Part shown: positions 27,501 to 37,250 of the stretch, piece by piece | Numbering within the stretch: position 1 is the first letter of the stretch | Layout of the letters: the number at the start of each line of letters is the position of its first letter | From: Macrostomum hystrix | Lineage: Eukaryota; Animalia; Platyhelminthes | Direction of reading: 5' to 3' | Assembly: GCA_950097015.1 (NCBI GenBank) | Contig: CATNEN010000001.1 | Location: 20,646,001-20,710,000, forward strand | Length of the DNA stretch: 64,000 nt | The notes under the pieces: model-generated | Database searches by the model: none | What the model was told of the DNA's origin: nothing | What the model saw: only the letters and a program-made list of their open reading frames with translations | Made by a program: the position numbers and the translations under genes

Positions 27501-28958
27501 GGCTTCATAGAATAGTTATGACCTAGCAAGTGAAGTACATTTTCAAAAGTTATTTTGTAGAATTATTTTATTTATAGTCAATGAAAAAATACCAAGACAA
27601 GGTGAACAGACTTGTAAACTTTTTGCTTAGTGAGTATAGTGAATGGAGTATAGAAATTACTCCAATGAATGGGTATAGAAATTACTATTGCATTAGAAAG
27701 AAATTATATTACACTGTGCAATGCAAATGTGACAAAGTCCAAACAAAGCAATATGTGCTAAAACACTGTCCTTATATTATTAAACAAGTAATTAAAAGCT
27801 CATTATTTGACAGAAAAAGTTAAGAAAGACTAAATAGAAAAATATGTAATTGGCTAATTTTTAGGTTGAATTTCCTAAAAAATAATGCTTTATTATAAAT
27901 TTGACTTTTGTTAAAATGAATAAATATTTGTTACACCATACAAATAACAATTTGTTTAAATCACTCCACTATCTTGAATACAAAATAGTATAAATGCAGT
28001 GAAGTCCAGCCAAAGAAAATTAACCCGTGAAGCCTTGTGCTTAAAGCAGAGTTTGTATGCAATAGCCTAATCATAGTCCTTAGAAGTCATAACACTCAGA
28101 CATGTTCCTTAATTCTTAATAAAACATGCAAAGATAAATACTAAGAGAGTTCAATAGAGTTCAAGAGAAAGTAGGCCTATTGCTGCCCACTTGAGATCAT
28201 TGGTAATGCTCATCAGAAAGCCTATGCTCAGAAATACATACAACATACATGCAATAAAGTAAATATGCCACAATAAGTAAATACAATAGCTAGACTAAAA
28301 TTTATATACTAGGCCCTACCCAAATAACTAAATAATAAATATGATACCTAAACTAACTAAACTACAAAACTAACAAAAAGTAGGCATATACAACCTATAA
28401 ATAAGTTTTTAATATATAAATTAAATTCTCAGAAACTAATTACAAAGAAAGTCTTACAAAAAAATTGTTGCTTAATTTTTGTAAATACTTATACTTACTT
28501 AGACTTCATATTAAAATACCACTGTAACAACTTTGGTGACATCATTTGGATAAAATATCTTTAGAGTGATAGGCCTACTTATAAATTAAAGAGAGAAGCA
28601 CAAGGAAAACTTCTGTGGCATTGTGAGGATAAAGCTAGAACATTAGATTAGCCATACAACAAATATTTAAAAAACAAAAATGCTGCTACTGGACTTGAAA
28701 ATATAATGGTGACAACTGTGAAGGGCCTAATTAAAAACTTACTTCAAGCTTTGCATTATTGTAGAAAATTGTCAGTGCTCTTTGATTAAGTTGAGAAAAT
28801 GTACTGCAAATCGCATTCAAATATTGATTTATGTTCCTATACAATTCTTTATTTGAAGACAGGTGCTTTTGTAGCAGCAGCTCCAGGCCAGTGTAAGACT
28901 TATCAAACTCATTTTCTAGTAAATCCTGCCACTTGACAGACTCATTTGCAGTTGCCAT
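24534..28958 (-). CDS. GOPC: Golgi-associated PDZ and coiled-coil motif-containing protein (GOPC/PIST/CAL), 5 exons, ~418 aa
   Basis: Exons 28743-28958, 27061-27382, 26838-26976, 25621-26073, 24534-24660; GT-AG and in phase. Motifs as in GOPC: WQDLLENEFDKSY, KLEAQLV, ELYTARLTTKYLSKELAGRVQQLQL, LWSQLEAEI...KTLLRASRGR, PDZ domain GIGLSIVGGREHGVPILISE...VGDAILSVNG, then GYRFRMYDEE. Confidence 0.92.
24694..24861. repeat. 30-bp tandem repeat (GGACTCAGTCTGAGGATCTGGGAAGTTGAA) in GOPC intron 4
   Basis: ~5.5 copies; shares ACTCAGTCTGAGGATCTGGGA with the array at 1-606. Confidence 0.9.
25008..25600. repeat. 29-bp minisatellite (GTAGAGGGTTGCAGGTGGCAGACAGTAGG)n in GOPC intron 4
   Basis: ~20 visible copies. 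Confidence 0.96.
26418..26735 (+). mobile_element. tRNA-derived SINE (in GOPC intron 3)
   Basis: tRNA-like head with A-box-like TGGCAGAACAG and B-box-like GCTCGATTCC. Colinear with an inverted second copy at 50460-50781. A partial body copy also lies at ~26182-26265. Confidence 0.8.
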
Positions 28959-29092
28959 TTTTATTTATTACCAAAATATTATGCGCGCAACTTTAAAGAG
29001 ATTAGCTGCGAAGTTTTGTTTTAGTATTTAAGCATTCTAATTCACAACCTTAAAGCATAGGCATATCAATACAAATATGGTAACAATACAAT

Positions 29093-29832
29093 TGAGGCAG
29101 GCCCAAATTTTATCGTAGAATTATAAGTTGAATTCCCGCCAAATGCTTTTTCCCGATTTTCATTTTGTTATAATACACCGTATCATCCACCCCAATTTTG
29201 CTATAAATATAGACGCAGTTTTGCCCAAAATCCCCAACCGGTGCCTCGCGCCCAGTTCTAAGCTGAATAAAGGAGAGTAAAGTTTCAAAGTGTTCAAAGA
29301 GTTCTTATTTAGAGAGAGATTCAGAGAGGAAAAGCAGGTCCGTGTTCATACACAAGCCAGGAATATTCGAAGGAATAAAGAAGGAGATATTGATCAAAAG
29401 CAGAATAGTGTTAAAACTAAAGGAACAGAGGGTAAACTCCCAGATTGGTGACTGGCACTGTGTGCAAAGTTGGACAACTCCAGTCCATTGGAAGCCTTGA
29501 AGACTGGGAAACCAGAAAGCCAGATAATTGAGAGTAAGTAACGGGAGAAAGAAAGTGTCTTGCCGCTCGGACACTATCGAGAACGCTACCATATTGGGAA
29601 AAGAAAGCAGCCTATCTGGTTAAGCTTAAAGCAATATATGCATATGAATTAAAAGGAAATTTAATAGGTGAAATTGTAAAGGACTGAGAAGGGTTGTAAA
29701 GAGAGCAAGTTTTAAATAATAATAAAGAAAAGAGAAGGGTCTATGACAACTTAGTGGCAGCTGTAAGATAAGTAAAGAGACCTACAACAAATTGGTGAAA
29801 GCAGTGGGAGTTAAGAAAGGAGCCCTACGACA
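29093..29832 (+). repeat. 5' LTR
   Basis: TGAGGCAGG...CCTACGACA; TATA box TATAAAT at ~29202; AATAAA at ~29265; matches 37251-37990. Confidence 0.96.
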
Positions 29833-29835
29833 ACT

Positions 29836-29856
29836 TGGTGTCAGCGGTAAAGGATT
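29836..29856 (+). promoter_or_regulatory. Primer-binding site (tRNA-Leu-like)
   Basis: TGGTGTCAGCGG starts 3 nt after the LTR end. TGGTGTCAG is complementary to the 3' end of eukaryotic tRNA-Leu (from recall; host tRNA not checked). Confidence 0.75.
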
Positions 29857-29902
29857 GGAATCCAGCTAAAGCACACAGTCAGTTTGAAAGTTAGATAAAG
29901 GT

Positions 29903-30802
29903 ATGGCCGCAGGAATCAATGATGCTATTGGCTTGTTAGCAGAAGAATTAAGAAATAGACTGGAATTAGGACCCATGAGACACGTAAAGATCCAAAAGTA
30001 CACACCTAGCCAGGACATCAGAATTTGGCTCAAAGCATTTGATCAGAGATGCGACAATGAAGGATTAGAACAGGATGAACATAGGAAGAATGAGCTATTA
30101 GCTAATCTAGACCTCGCGACTGCATTTGCAGCCGTTCAGCGGTTGAATCTGCCAGAAGACTTAACGTATGAGGAGTTGAAGGAAAGACTAATCGAAAGAT
30201 TCGGAAGACTAGGAAGCTCAGCCGAGTTTAGGGAGGAATTTAGAGGTAGAATGCAAGGGAGGAATGAGCCCGTTGACTCATTCGCAGATGCCTTGATTGA
30301 GTTGTCCGCGCAAGCATTCCCCAATATGAATGCAGAACAAAGGGAGGAGGAAGTAGTAGAGCAGTTCATTAAAGGAGCGAGAATCCCTTCCGACACTAGG
30401 GAAAAGTTAATATTTGCACAGCCAGCCAGCCTGCAAGAGGCTAGGAGAATGCTGAGACGCATAGAAGCAGCGTGGCATATGTCGCACAAGAATGGAGTAC
30501 GAGTCGTAAAAGACGAGCAAGTCGACGAGGATCGAAATAAGAAGATGGAGGAGACCATCGAGAGGCAGAAGTATGAAATCAATAAGCAGAAGAAGCTTAT
30601 TGAAGACCTGATTCAGGAAAGAAGGAAGGCTGAATGCCAGAGAGTAACACCTCAGCCGCTCATGCAGCCGAAGACGTACCTGAAGCCGCAGCAACAGTCG
30701 AGGCCTCCGCCGACATGTTTTAACTGTAACAAAGTTGGGCATATTGCCAAGTACTGCAAGAGCTCACAGCAGCAGCAGCAGTACCGATATCAGGGAAACT
30801 GA
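29903..30802 (+). CDS. gag: Gag of the gypsy element (299 aa)
   Basis: Capsid-like region (RMQGRNEPVDSFADAL...EQFIKG), coiled coil, CCHC zinc knuckle CFNCNKVGHIAKYC, ends QGN*. Confidence 0.93.
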   Translation: MAAGINDAIGLLAEELRNRLELGPMRHVKIQKYTPSQDIRIWLKAFDQRCDNEGLEQDEHRKNELLANLDLATAFAAVQRLNLPEDLTYEELKERLIERFGRLGSSAEFREEFRGRMQGRNEPVDSFADALIELSAQAFPNMNAEQREEEVVEQFIKGARIPSDTREKLIFAQPASLQEARRMLRRIEAAWHMSHKNGVRVVKDEQVDEDRNKKMEETIERQKYEINKQKKLIEDLIQERRKAECQRVTPQPLMQPKTYLKPQQQSRPPPTCFNCNKVGHIAKYCKSSQQQQQYRYQGN

Positions 30803-30852
30803 ATATCGAGGGACGAGAGTCGAGGCCGCGCCCCTCTAGTAAACCCCGATTC
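30793..30852 (+). other. -1 programmed ribosomal frameshift signal (G_GGA_AAC plus downstream stem/pseudoknot)
   Basis: X_XXY_YYZ heptamer at 30793-30799 just before the gag stop. The -1 frame is open from here into pol. GAGGGACG/CGCCCCTC stem starts 8 nt downstream; loop GAGTCGAGG could pair with CCCCGATTC. Confidence 0.8.
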
Positions 30853-33800
30853 GAACAGCAGGCCTCTAAGAATCGGCGATACCCAGCCCAGTCGTCGAGA
30901 TTGTGTAATGCACAGAAGCAGCCGAAGTATCGAGTATCAGCACCCATTGCGTCAGCATCATCTGCGTCAGCACCATTTGCGTCAGCACCATCTGCGTCAG
31001 CACCCATTGCGTTAGCACCATCTGCGTCAGCACCCATTGCGTCAGCACCATCTGCGTCAGCACCCATTGCGTCAGCACCATCTGCGTCAGCACCCATTGC
31101 GTTAGCCCCAGCGGCATCTGTGTCAGCACCCATTGCGTCAGCCCCCTGCATGTCAGTCCTGGAGGAACCAGCTTCCGAAGTATCAGCACCGAGATCAGCC
31201 GCCGCAACATCTGGAAATTACTCAAGGACACGTGAGAACAAACGCAAAGTATTTGTTTCTAATTCTAAACTAGAACTTATTAAACCTGAAGGATTTGAAG
31301 CAGTAATTGTAGGAAAATTTAAGAATCAGGAAATTAATTTTATCCTAGACACAGGGGCTAGGAACAGCTTTTTGAGCAAATCTATTTGGTCAAAATTACT
31401 TAAGCCAGAACAGATAAGAAGTACAGACAAGCGAGTCTCTACTTTCGACGGAACCAGAGTACAATTGGAAGGCGAGAGTTGTATTCCAGTTAGATTCGGA
31501 GACATCCAGATAGAAATAGAATTCCTTTTGTGTGGACATGAAAGCGACAATATCTTAGGGATGGAATTTTTCCTAGGACATTGTGATAGCATTCATCTTG
31601 CTAAAGGCATGTTGATTCTAAATGAAGGAGCAAGCATTCCTATGCAGTTCACTCATCTACCTGTAAAAGTATGCAGAGTGTATACTCAGGAGAAAGTAGT
31701 GATTCCTGCAAATAGTGCGTTGAGAATCCCAGTGAGATTGGCGAGAGATGCCGAGTGCAATTTTGGAACACCTATGACAGTGAGTATGATTGGCGAAGGC
31801 GTAAAAGCCAAAGAATTGACAGTCGAGATGGCTCCCACTCTAGTCACAATGCGAGAAGGTTCCGCCATTGTGGAGATTGTGAATAACAATCCAGTTGAGG
31901 TGAAGCTGTCGAAGTCAACATTGGTAGGCCTAGCCAAACCAGTGAAGGCAAGTGAGTTGAAATATTTCGAAGCCGAAAAGGAAATAGTCAGTCAACCTAC
32001 CGGACGAGTCAACCAGACACAAACTGTGGAAGATGCCTGGATTAATGAAGTTAATATTGGTCAAGATCTTACCGATGACCAGAGGAAATCAGTCATCGAA
32101 TTGATGAAGGAGCATCGTGAAGCTTTTTCACAGAATGAGTTGGATATGGGTTTAACCCATCTGATCACACATGAGATCTCACTGAAGGATGAGACTCCTG
32201 TGAGGATCCCAACTAGGAGAATACCACCCCATCTCCAAAAGCAAGTCGACACACAGTTGGATGACATGTTGGCTAAAAATTTAATCAGGCCCAGTTATTC
32301 AACTTATTCTACACCACTAGTCATTGTGCCGAAAAAGGACGGATCCATACGGATTGTAAGTGATTTCAGAGTGTTAAACTCGAAGGTGAACTATGTTCCG
32401 TATCCGCTTCCTAACATTCATCAGACTTTCACCTATTTATCAGGCAGTCAGTACTTTAGTAGTCTCGATTTGAATTCTGGTTATTGGCAGGTGCCGATAA
32501 AGGAAGAACACAAGTTCATGACCGCCTTCTCTACTTTAACCCGAGGCCAGTTTGAGTATGAGGTTATGGCGCAAGGTTTGTCCAATGCCCCAGGAACCTT
32601 CCAGAGGCTCATGAATCTTGTACTTTTAGGGATTCAACATCAATTTGCTATGTCGTATATAGACGATATAGTTACTTATTCGAAGAACTTTAATGACCAC
32701 CTTTCCCATCTAAAGGAAGTGTTCAAGAGATTAATAATCGCAGGATTGAAGCTAAGGCCAAAGAAATGTAACCTTTTTCATAGAGAGTTAAAGTACTTAG
32801 GACATGTGATCAGTACAGAAGGTATCCGTACGGATGAGACGAAGATTGAAGCTATTAAGACCTGGCCGAAGCCAAAAGATGTGAAAGAGCTACGCAGTTT
32901 CCTTGGCCTATGTAATTACTATAGCCGCTTCATTAAAAATTATGCAGAAGCTGCCCATCCCCTTTTCCAGTTAACAAGGAAAGGAATTAAGAACTTTCAA
33001 GAGAGATGGAGCAAAGAGCATGACGAAGCGTTTGAGTCGCTAAAGAACCGGATGATGTCCACTGAAGTATTAGCGTATCCCGAATTTGTGGATGACGAGA
33101 AAGTGAAGATGGTATTGGATACCGATGCAAGTGATAGCCGTATTGGCGCTGTACTTAGCCAGATCCAATCAGATGGCATAGAGAGACCCATAGCTTATTT
33201 CAGCCGAGCTATGAAAGAGTCGGAAAAACGCTACCCTATCACTAGAAAAGAACTCTTAGCCCTAGTGGATGCCATGAGGCATTTCCGTTTCTACCTGTTA
33301 GGCAAGAAGTTTTTGGCAAGAACGGATCATAAAGCGATAATTTGGCTGTTAAGGCAAACAGAAGCTCAAGGAATTCTTGGTCGGTGGGTCGAGCGCCTAA
33401 ACGAATTCTTGTTCGATATAGAACACAGAAGCGGTGCAAAGAACCAGAACGCTGACAGTCTGTCAAGAAGACCAGCTGATGTCCCTGAAGCAGAGCAAGT
33501 TATTGAGCCGATAGTGCAAAGCTGCAGTGTAATGGAAGAGTCAGGACAGGAAGTCAAGGCTAATGATAGCTTATATAGCTTGACACAGCCCCAGACTGCC
33601 CTAAGTGAAGGAGAGAAAAAGACGTTAGATCCCAATAGCAGGATCCAGTCTACTATCTCAGGACAAGGAGAGGTGAGAATTCCCAGTGAACTTGAACATG
33701 ACTCCAGCATTCCGCTTCCGAGTCCAGTTCCTGAAGAATTTAATCCTATTGAGAGTGAGGATATGCTGCAAGCAACAAGTAGCAAGTGCGAGAAGTTATT

Positions 33801-35571
33801 GACCGATTTCTTACCCAGCCCATTGAAACGAGAGCAAATTATTGCGTCACAAAGAGATGACCCAGTAATTAAAGTGCTAATTGAATGGAAGAAATCAGGA
33901 GAGAACAATCCCCAGTTACCTGAAATTGTCAGCCCAGAATTGAAGAAGATGAGGAAATCCTTTGAGGATATGAAGGTAGAGAATGAGATGCTAATCATTA
34001 GCGAAGATGACAGTTGGAAAGTTGTACTGCCCCAGTCCTTGGATAAGCTAGTTCTCAGCGATCTGCATGATAGCCCACTAGCAGGACATTTGGGACGCGA
34101 TAAAACAATTCAACGTGTCAGGCAGAGATTTTGGAGACCAGGATTGGTCAAAGCAGTGGAAGCTCATATCGCAGAGTGTATTCCGTGCCTGGAAAGCAAG
34201 AGAGGAAACCCGATTCAGGCGCCAGTGCAATCGTTCCCTATCAGTGAACCTTTCCATCGCCTGCATGTCGATTTTATAGGACCACTATCCAAAGAGAGCA
34301 AAAGAGGGCACAAGTATGTCCTAACTATTGTGGATAGCACCACTCGATATCCGTTTGCATTCCCAACTAGAAATCAAAAGTCAGATACTGTGATTAAAAT
34401 CTTACAGGAAAGAATCTTCGCAGAGTATGGGCAATGTCAGTGGTTACACACAGACAATGGCAAGGCATTCGCTAGCAAGCAGTTCAAAGCTTTTTGCGAA
34501 ATGTATAACGTGAAGCATACGTTTACAACACCCTACCATGCCCAAAGCAATGGATTGGTGGAGAGATTTAACAAGCAAATTAAATCAATAGTAACCTGTC
34601 TCATTGAGAAAGATCACAGTGATTGGGACCTTATGATCCCAGCTGCATTAGTTGCTGTCCGCACTAGTGTGAACAAAACCACAGGCTTCACTCCCCACTA
34701 CCTGTTATTTGGACGGGAAGCAGTATTGCCTATGGACAGTCAAATCAGCCAACCAAAGTCATTCGCCAGTTATCCATCTTACGTGACAGAACATGCCGAA
34801 CGATTGAAGATTGCGAGAGACATTGTCAGAAGAAAGATGGAGAAGGTTGTCAGTAACAGACAAGAGTCTGCGAAAAACAGCAAATTGCCTAAGACAGTCC
34901 CAGTTGGAAGTCTAGTGTTGATTAATAATCCACAGTTGGACAGCGAGGAGTCGCACAAATTTCATAGGAAAAAGAGATCAGCCTTCAGAGTAATAGAGCA
35001 AATTTCAGATGTAGTGTTCCGTGTGCAAAAGGAGGAGCAAGGACAACTAGTGGGCAATATCATGATTGTCCATAGAGACAATATAACTATTGTGCCTAAT
35101 TCAACCCAAGAGGAATTAATTAGGGGAAGCCAGGCCGCACCAGAGAAGAAAGCTAAGAAGACAGAGGTCAAAGTTAGGGGAAGCCAGCCGAAGGAGAAGG
35201 GAAGATTTGTTCTAACAGAGGAAGATGAATCCGAAGAGGAAGAAGACAGATTAGAATGGCAATGTCATTTTAGAGAAAACCCAAGTGAAATTAATGGAGA
35301 AGATTTGGAGTTAGGAGCTGAGATAGAAGTTGAGGATGAATCACACACCGAGCCTGAGGCTACGAGCAGTGAAGAGGAGAGCGAAAGCGAAGGGACAGCT
35401 GAGAGTCTGGCAACAGCCACCTCAGAAGGAGGCATGTACATTGTACAGAATGAAGAAAGGGAAGGAGTGACAAGCCGTCCGCGCAGACAAATCAGACCCC
35501 CCGCGAGGTTTGAAGGCTATTTGCAGAGGCTTGCCACCGTGTTCAGTATAATAGGGAATTTACAGATCTAG
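30793..35571 (+). CDS. pol: Pol polyprotein (protease, reverse transcriptase, RNase H, integrase), expressed as Gag-Pol by -1 frameshift
   Basis: Uninterrupted frame. Protease ILDTGA; RT LDLNSGYWQ, MAQGLSNAPGTFQ, YIDDI; RNase H DTDASD...ELLAL...RTDH; integrase HHCC zinc finger, HVDFIGP, TDNG, SNGLVERFN; acidic tail. Confidence 0.96.
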   Translation, partial: GKLNIEGRESRPRPSSKPRFEQQASKNRRYPAQSSRLCNAQKQPKYRVSAPIASASSASAPFASAPSASAPIALAPSASAPIASAPSASAPIASAPSASAPIALAPAASVSAPIASAPCMSVLEEPASEVSAPRSAAATSGNYSRTRENKRKVFVSNSKLELIKPEGFEAVIVGKFKNQEINFILDTGARNSFLSKSIWSKLLKPEQIRSTDKRVSTFDGTRVQLEGESCIPVRFGDIQIEIEFLLCGHESDNILGMEFFLGHCDSIHLAKGMLILNEGASIPMQFTHLPVKVCRVYTQEKVVIPANSALRIPVRLARDAECNFGTPMTVSMIGEGVKAKELTVEMAPTLVTMREGSAIVEIVNNNPVEVKLSKSTLVGLAKPVKASELKYFEAEKEIVSQPTGRVNQTQTVEDAWINEVNIGQDLTDDQRKSVIELMKEHREAFSQNELDMGLTHLITHEISLKDETPVRIPTRRIPPHLQKQVDTQLDDMLAKNLIRPSYSTYSTPLVIVPKKDGSIRIVSDFRVLNSKVNYVPYPLPNIHQTFTYLSGSQYFSSLDLNSGYWQVPIKEEHKFMTAFSTLTRGQFEYEVMAQGLSNAPGTFQRLMNLVLLGIQHQFAMSYIDDIVTYSKNFNDHLSHLKEVFKRLIIAGLKLRPKKCNLFHRELKYLGHVISTEGIRTDETKIEAIKTWPKPKDVKELRSFLGLCNYYSRFIKNYAEAAHPLFQLTRKGIKNFQERWSKEHDEAFESLKNRMMSTEVLAYPEFVDDEKVKMVLDTDASDSRIGAVLSQIQSDGIERPIAYFSRAMKESEKRYPITRKELLALVDAMRHFRFYLLGKKFLARTDHKAIIWLLRQTEAQGILGRWVERLNEFLFDIEHRSGAKNQNADSLSRRPADVPEAEQVIEPIVQSCSVMEESGQEVKANDSLYSLTQPQTALSEGEKKTLDPNSRIQSTISGQGEVRIPSELEHDSSIPLPSPVPEEFNPIESEDMLQATSSKCEKLLTDFLPSPLKREQIIASQRDDPVIKVLIEWKKSGENNPQLPEIVSPELKKMRKSFEDMKVENEMLIISEDDSWKVVLPQSLDKLVLSDLHDSPLAGHLGRDKTIQRVRQRFWRPGLVKAVEAHIAECIPCLESKRGNPIQAPVQSFPISEPFHRLHVDFIGPLSKESKRGHKYVLTIVDSTTRYPFAFPTRNQKSDTVIKILQERIFAEYGQCQWLHTDNGKAFASKQFKAFCEMYNVKHTFTTPYHAQSNGLVERFNKQIKSIVTCLIEKDHSDWDLMIPAALVAVRTSVNKTTGFTPHYLLFGREAVLPMDSQISQPKSFASYPSYVTEHAERLKIARDIVRRKMEKVVSNRQESAKNSKLPKTVPVGSLVLINNPQLDSEESHKFHRKKRSAFRVIEQISDVVFRVQKEEQGQLVGNIMIVHRDNITIVPNSTQEELIRGSQAAPEKKAKKTEVKVRGSQPKEKGRFVLTEEDESEEEEDRLEWQCHFRENPSEINGEDLELGAEIEVEDESHTEPEATSSEEESESEGTAESLATATSEGGMYIVQNEEREGVTSRPRRQIRPPARFEGYLQRLATVFSIIGNLQI

Positions 35572-35846
35572 GCAGAGATTGGGGTGACGCAATAATAACA
35601 CAAGGAGACCACGTGCAAGGGATAGAAAGGGAGTAGGGGTTAGCCACTTCCAGTCAATTAGGTAGGGGTTAATTGAAATCAAGTAGGGAACCAATAGGAT
35701 TAGAAATAAGCCAGTATAGCCCAATGAAATCTGAGACACAATGATGCGCGTCAGCCTCACGCCTATATAAACCAGTGCCCTGGGAAGGCAAACAAACATA
35801 CAGAGAGAGAGAGAGAAGTCATACTGACAAAGAAAGCAAGTCCGCA

Positions 35847-37070
35847 ATGGAACAAGATAAAGAAGCCGCCATGAGCGTAAGTGAATTCGAGAAGCTATTA
35901 GAAGCTGTTACCGTGGATTTTTCGGACAGCGAGAATGTCGAACCTGACAGAGCAGAGCAGACTAAGAATAAGGAAGCCGGAGATGGCGAAGTAGATATTG
36001 TTCAAGCAATTATCGATGAGTCGGAAGAACTCGAGGCGCCATTGCGGCAGAGGACGCAACCGTCTATGGTTGGCCAGCAGTCGAGGGCAAACAGCCAGAA
36101 GCGAGCTGCCACATCGGTACAGGAAGGAGTCGCCAGTAAGAGAAAGCTGCCCAGTTCGAGACTGCCAGTGTTCCTCGATGCTACCACGAGAGTTAATCTA
36201 CTCCGGCAGCAGGCGATTGCGCCGGTGGCAGAAGCGGAAGCTGCTCAGGATGGACGAATGGAAGGAGCTAGATCCACCAAAGTCATTGCTGCGCCGAGCC
36301 AGGAGCTGGGCCGACGTATGGCCGGACAGCGGCCAATAGCCCCAAAGCCGGTTCCTCAGCCGCAGCCACAGCCTAAAGGTCGTCCAATAGCTCCAAAGGC
36401 GCAAAGGGTACCGATTCAGTACCGATATCGAACTGACTTTCAACAACAGCAGCCACAGCAGCCTTTGTACCAGCAGCCACAGTCGCAGCCGTCGCAGCAG
36501 CAGCAACAGCCCCAGCCATCGCAGCAACAGCAGCCACAGCAGCCTTTGTACCAGCAGCCACAGTCGCAGCCGTCACAGCAGCAGCAACAGCCCCAGCCAT
36601 CGCAGCAACAGCCGCCACAGCAGCAGCCTCTGTACCAGCAGCCACAGCCGCAGCCGTCGCAGCAGTCGCCACAGCCGATGGATGACGAGGACGATGCCAG
36701 CATGGAATCCGTGGAGAACCAAGAATTCGCCCGAACAATGGCGGAGATCCCACATGCTCAGCACGAGCATTTCAAACGGCTGATTCGGCACATGAAAGGC
36801 TACATTCTGGACGCTGGACTATTCAACAACGACCGGCGGTACCCACAGCGAGCTGCAATTTACTCCGTCATGCGAGTGCTATGCGAGAAGTTCTCAAGGG
36901 CGCACTGTATAACTGCCTGGAAGAGAGCTGTGCAGTATGCGCGGAAGGTTATCAATCGCAGCCCACTGCCAGTAAATCGCATTCCTCTCAACATTGAGTT
37001 GAGGTGGATGGCCAGCACAGTGGGATGGCCCCGCAACGAAAGACTGACCGAGGAGTGCTACTTTTCTTAA
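35847..37070 (+). CDS. ORF3 of the gypsy element: 407-aa protein with Q/P-rich repeats; not env-like
   Basis: Intact sense ORF between pol and the PPT from ATG 35847 (MEQDK). Acidic N-terminus, RPIAPK repeats, three QQPLYQQPQ units, basic ~110-aa C-terminal domain. No signal peptide or TM segment. Confidence 0.8.
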   Translation: MEQDKEAAMSVSEFEKLLEAVTVDFSDSENVEPDRAEQTKNKEAGDGEVDIVQAIIDESEELEAPLRQRTQPSMVGQQSRANSQKRAATSVQEGVASKRKLPSSRLPVFLDATTRVNLLRQQAIAPVAEAEAAQDGRMEGARSTKVIAAPSQELGRRMAGQRPIAPKPVPQPQPQPKGRPIAPKAQRVPIQYRYRTDFQQQQPQQPLYQQPQSQPSQQQQQPQPSQQQQPQQPLYQQPQSQPSQQQQQPQPSQQQPPQQQPLYQQPQPQPSQQSPQPMDDEDDASMESVENQEFARTMAEIPHAQHEHFKRLIRHMKGYILDAGLFNNDRRYPQRAAIYSVMRVLCEKFSRAHCITAWKRAVQYARKVINRSPLPVNRIPLNIELRWMASTVGWPRNERLTEECYFS

Positions 37071-37236
37071 AAGGACAATCTAACCGTGTTACTATAACGT
37101 TTGTCACCCGTTTTATTGTGCTATTTTTGCTACCCGTTTTACTTTGTGTGTATGCTATTTTTGCTACCCGTTTTTATGTATGCTATTATTACTATAAATT
37201 TTGTCACGCGTTGTATTTCTTATTCCAAAATTTATA

Positions 37237-37250
37237 TAGGGGAAGCCAGT
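37237..37250 (+). promoter_or_regulatory. Polypurine tract
   Basis: TAGGGGAAGCCAGT immediately before the 3' LTR. Confidence 0.75.

Noticed and set aside
29305-29592. 95-aa antisense ORF present in both LTRs (also 37463-37750)
   Set aside because: It appears twice only because the LTRs match. Its F/L/S bias follows from the A/G-rich LTR strand, and there is no other support.
35847-37070. ORF3 as an envelope gene
   Set aside because: No signal peptide, fusion peptide or TM anchor is visible.
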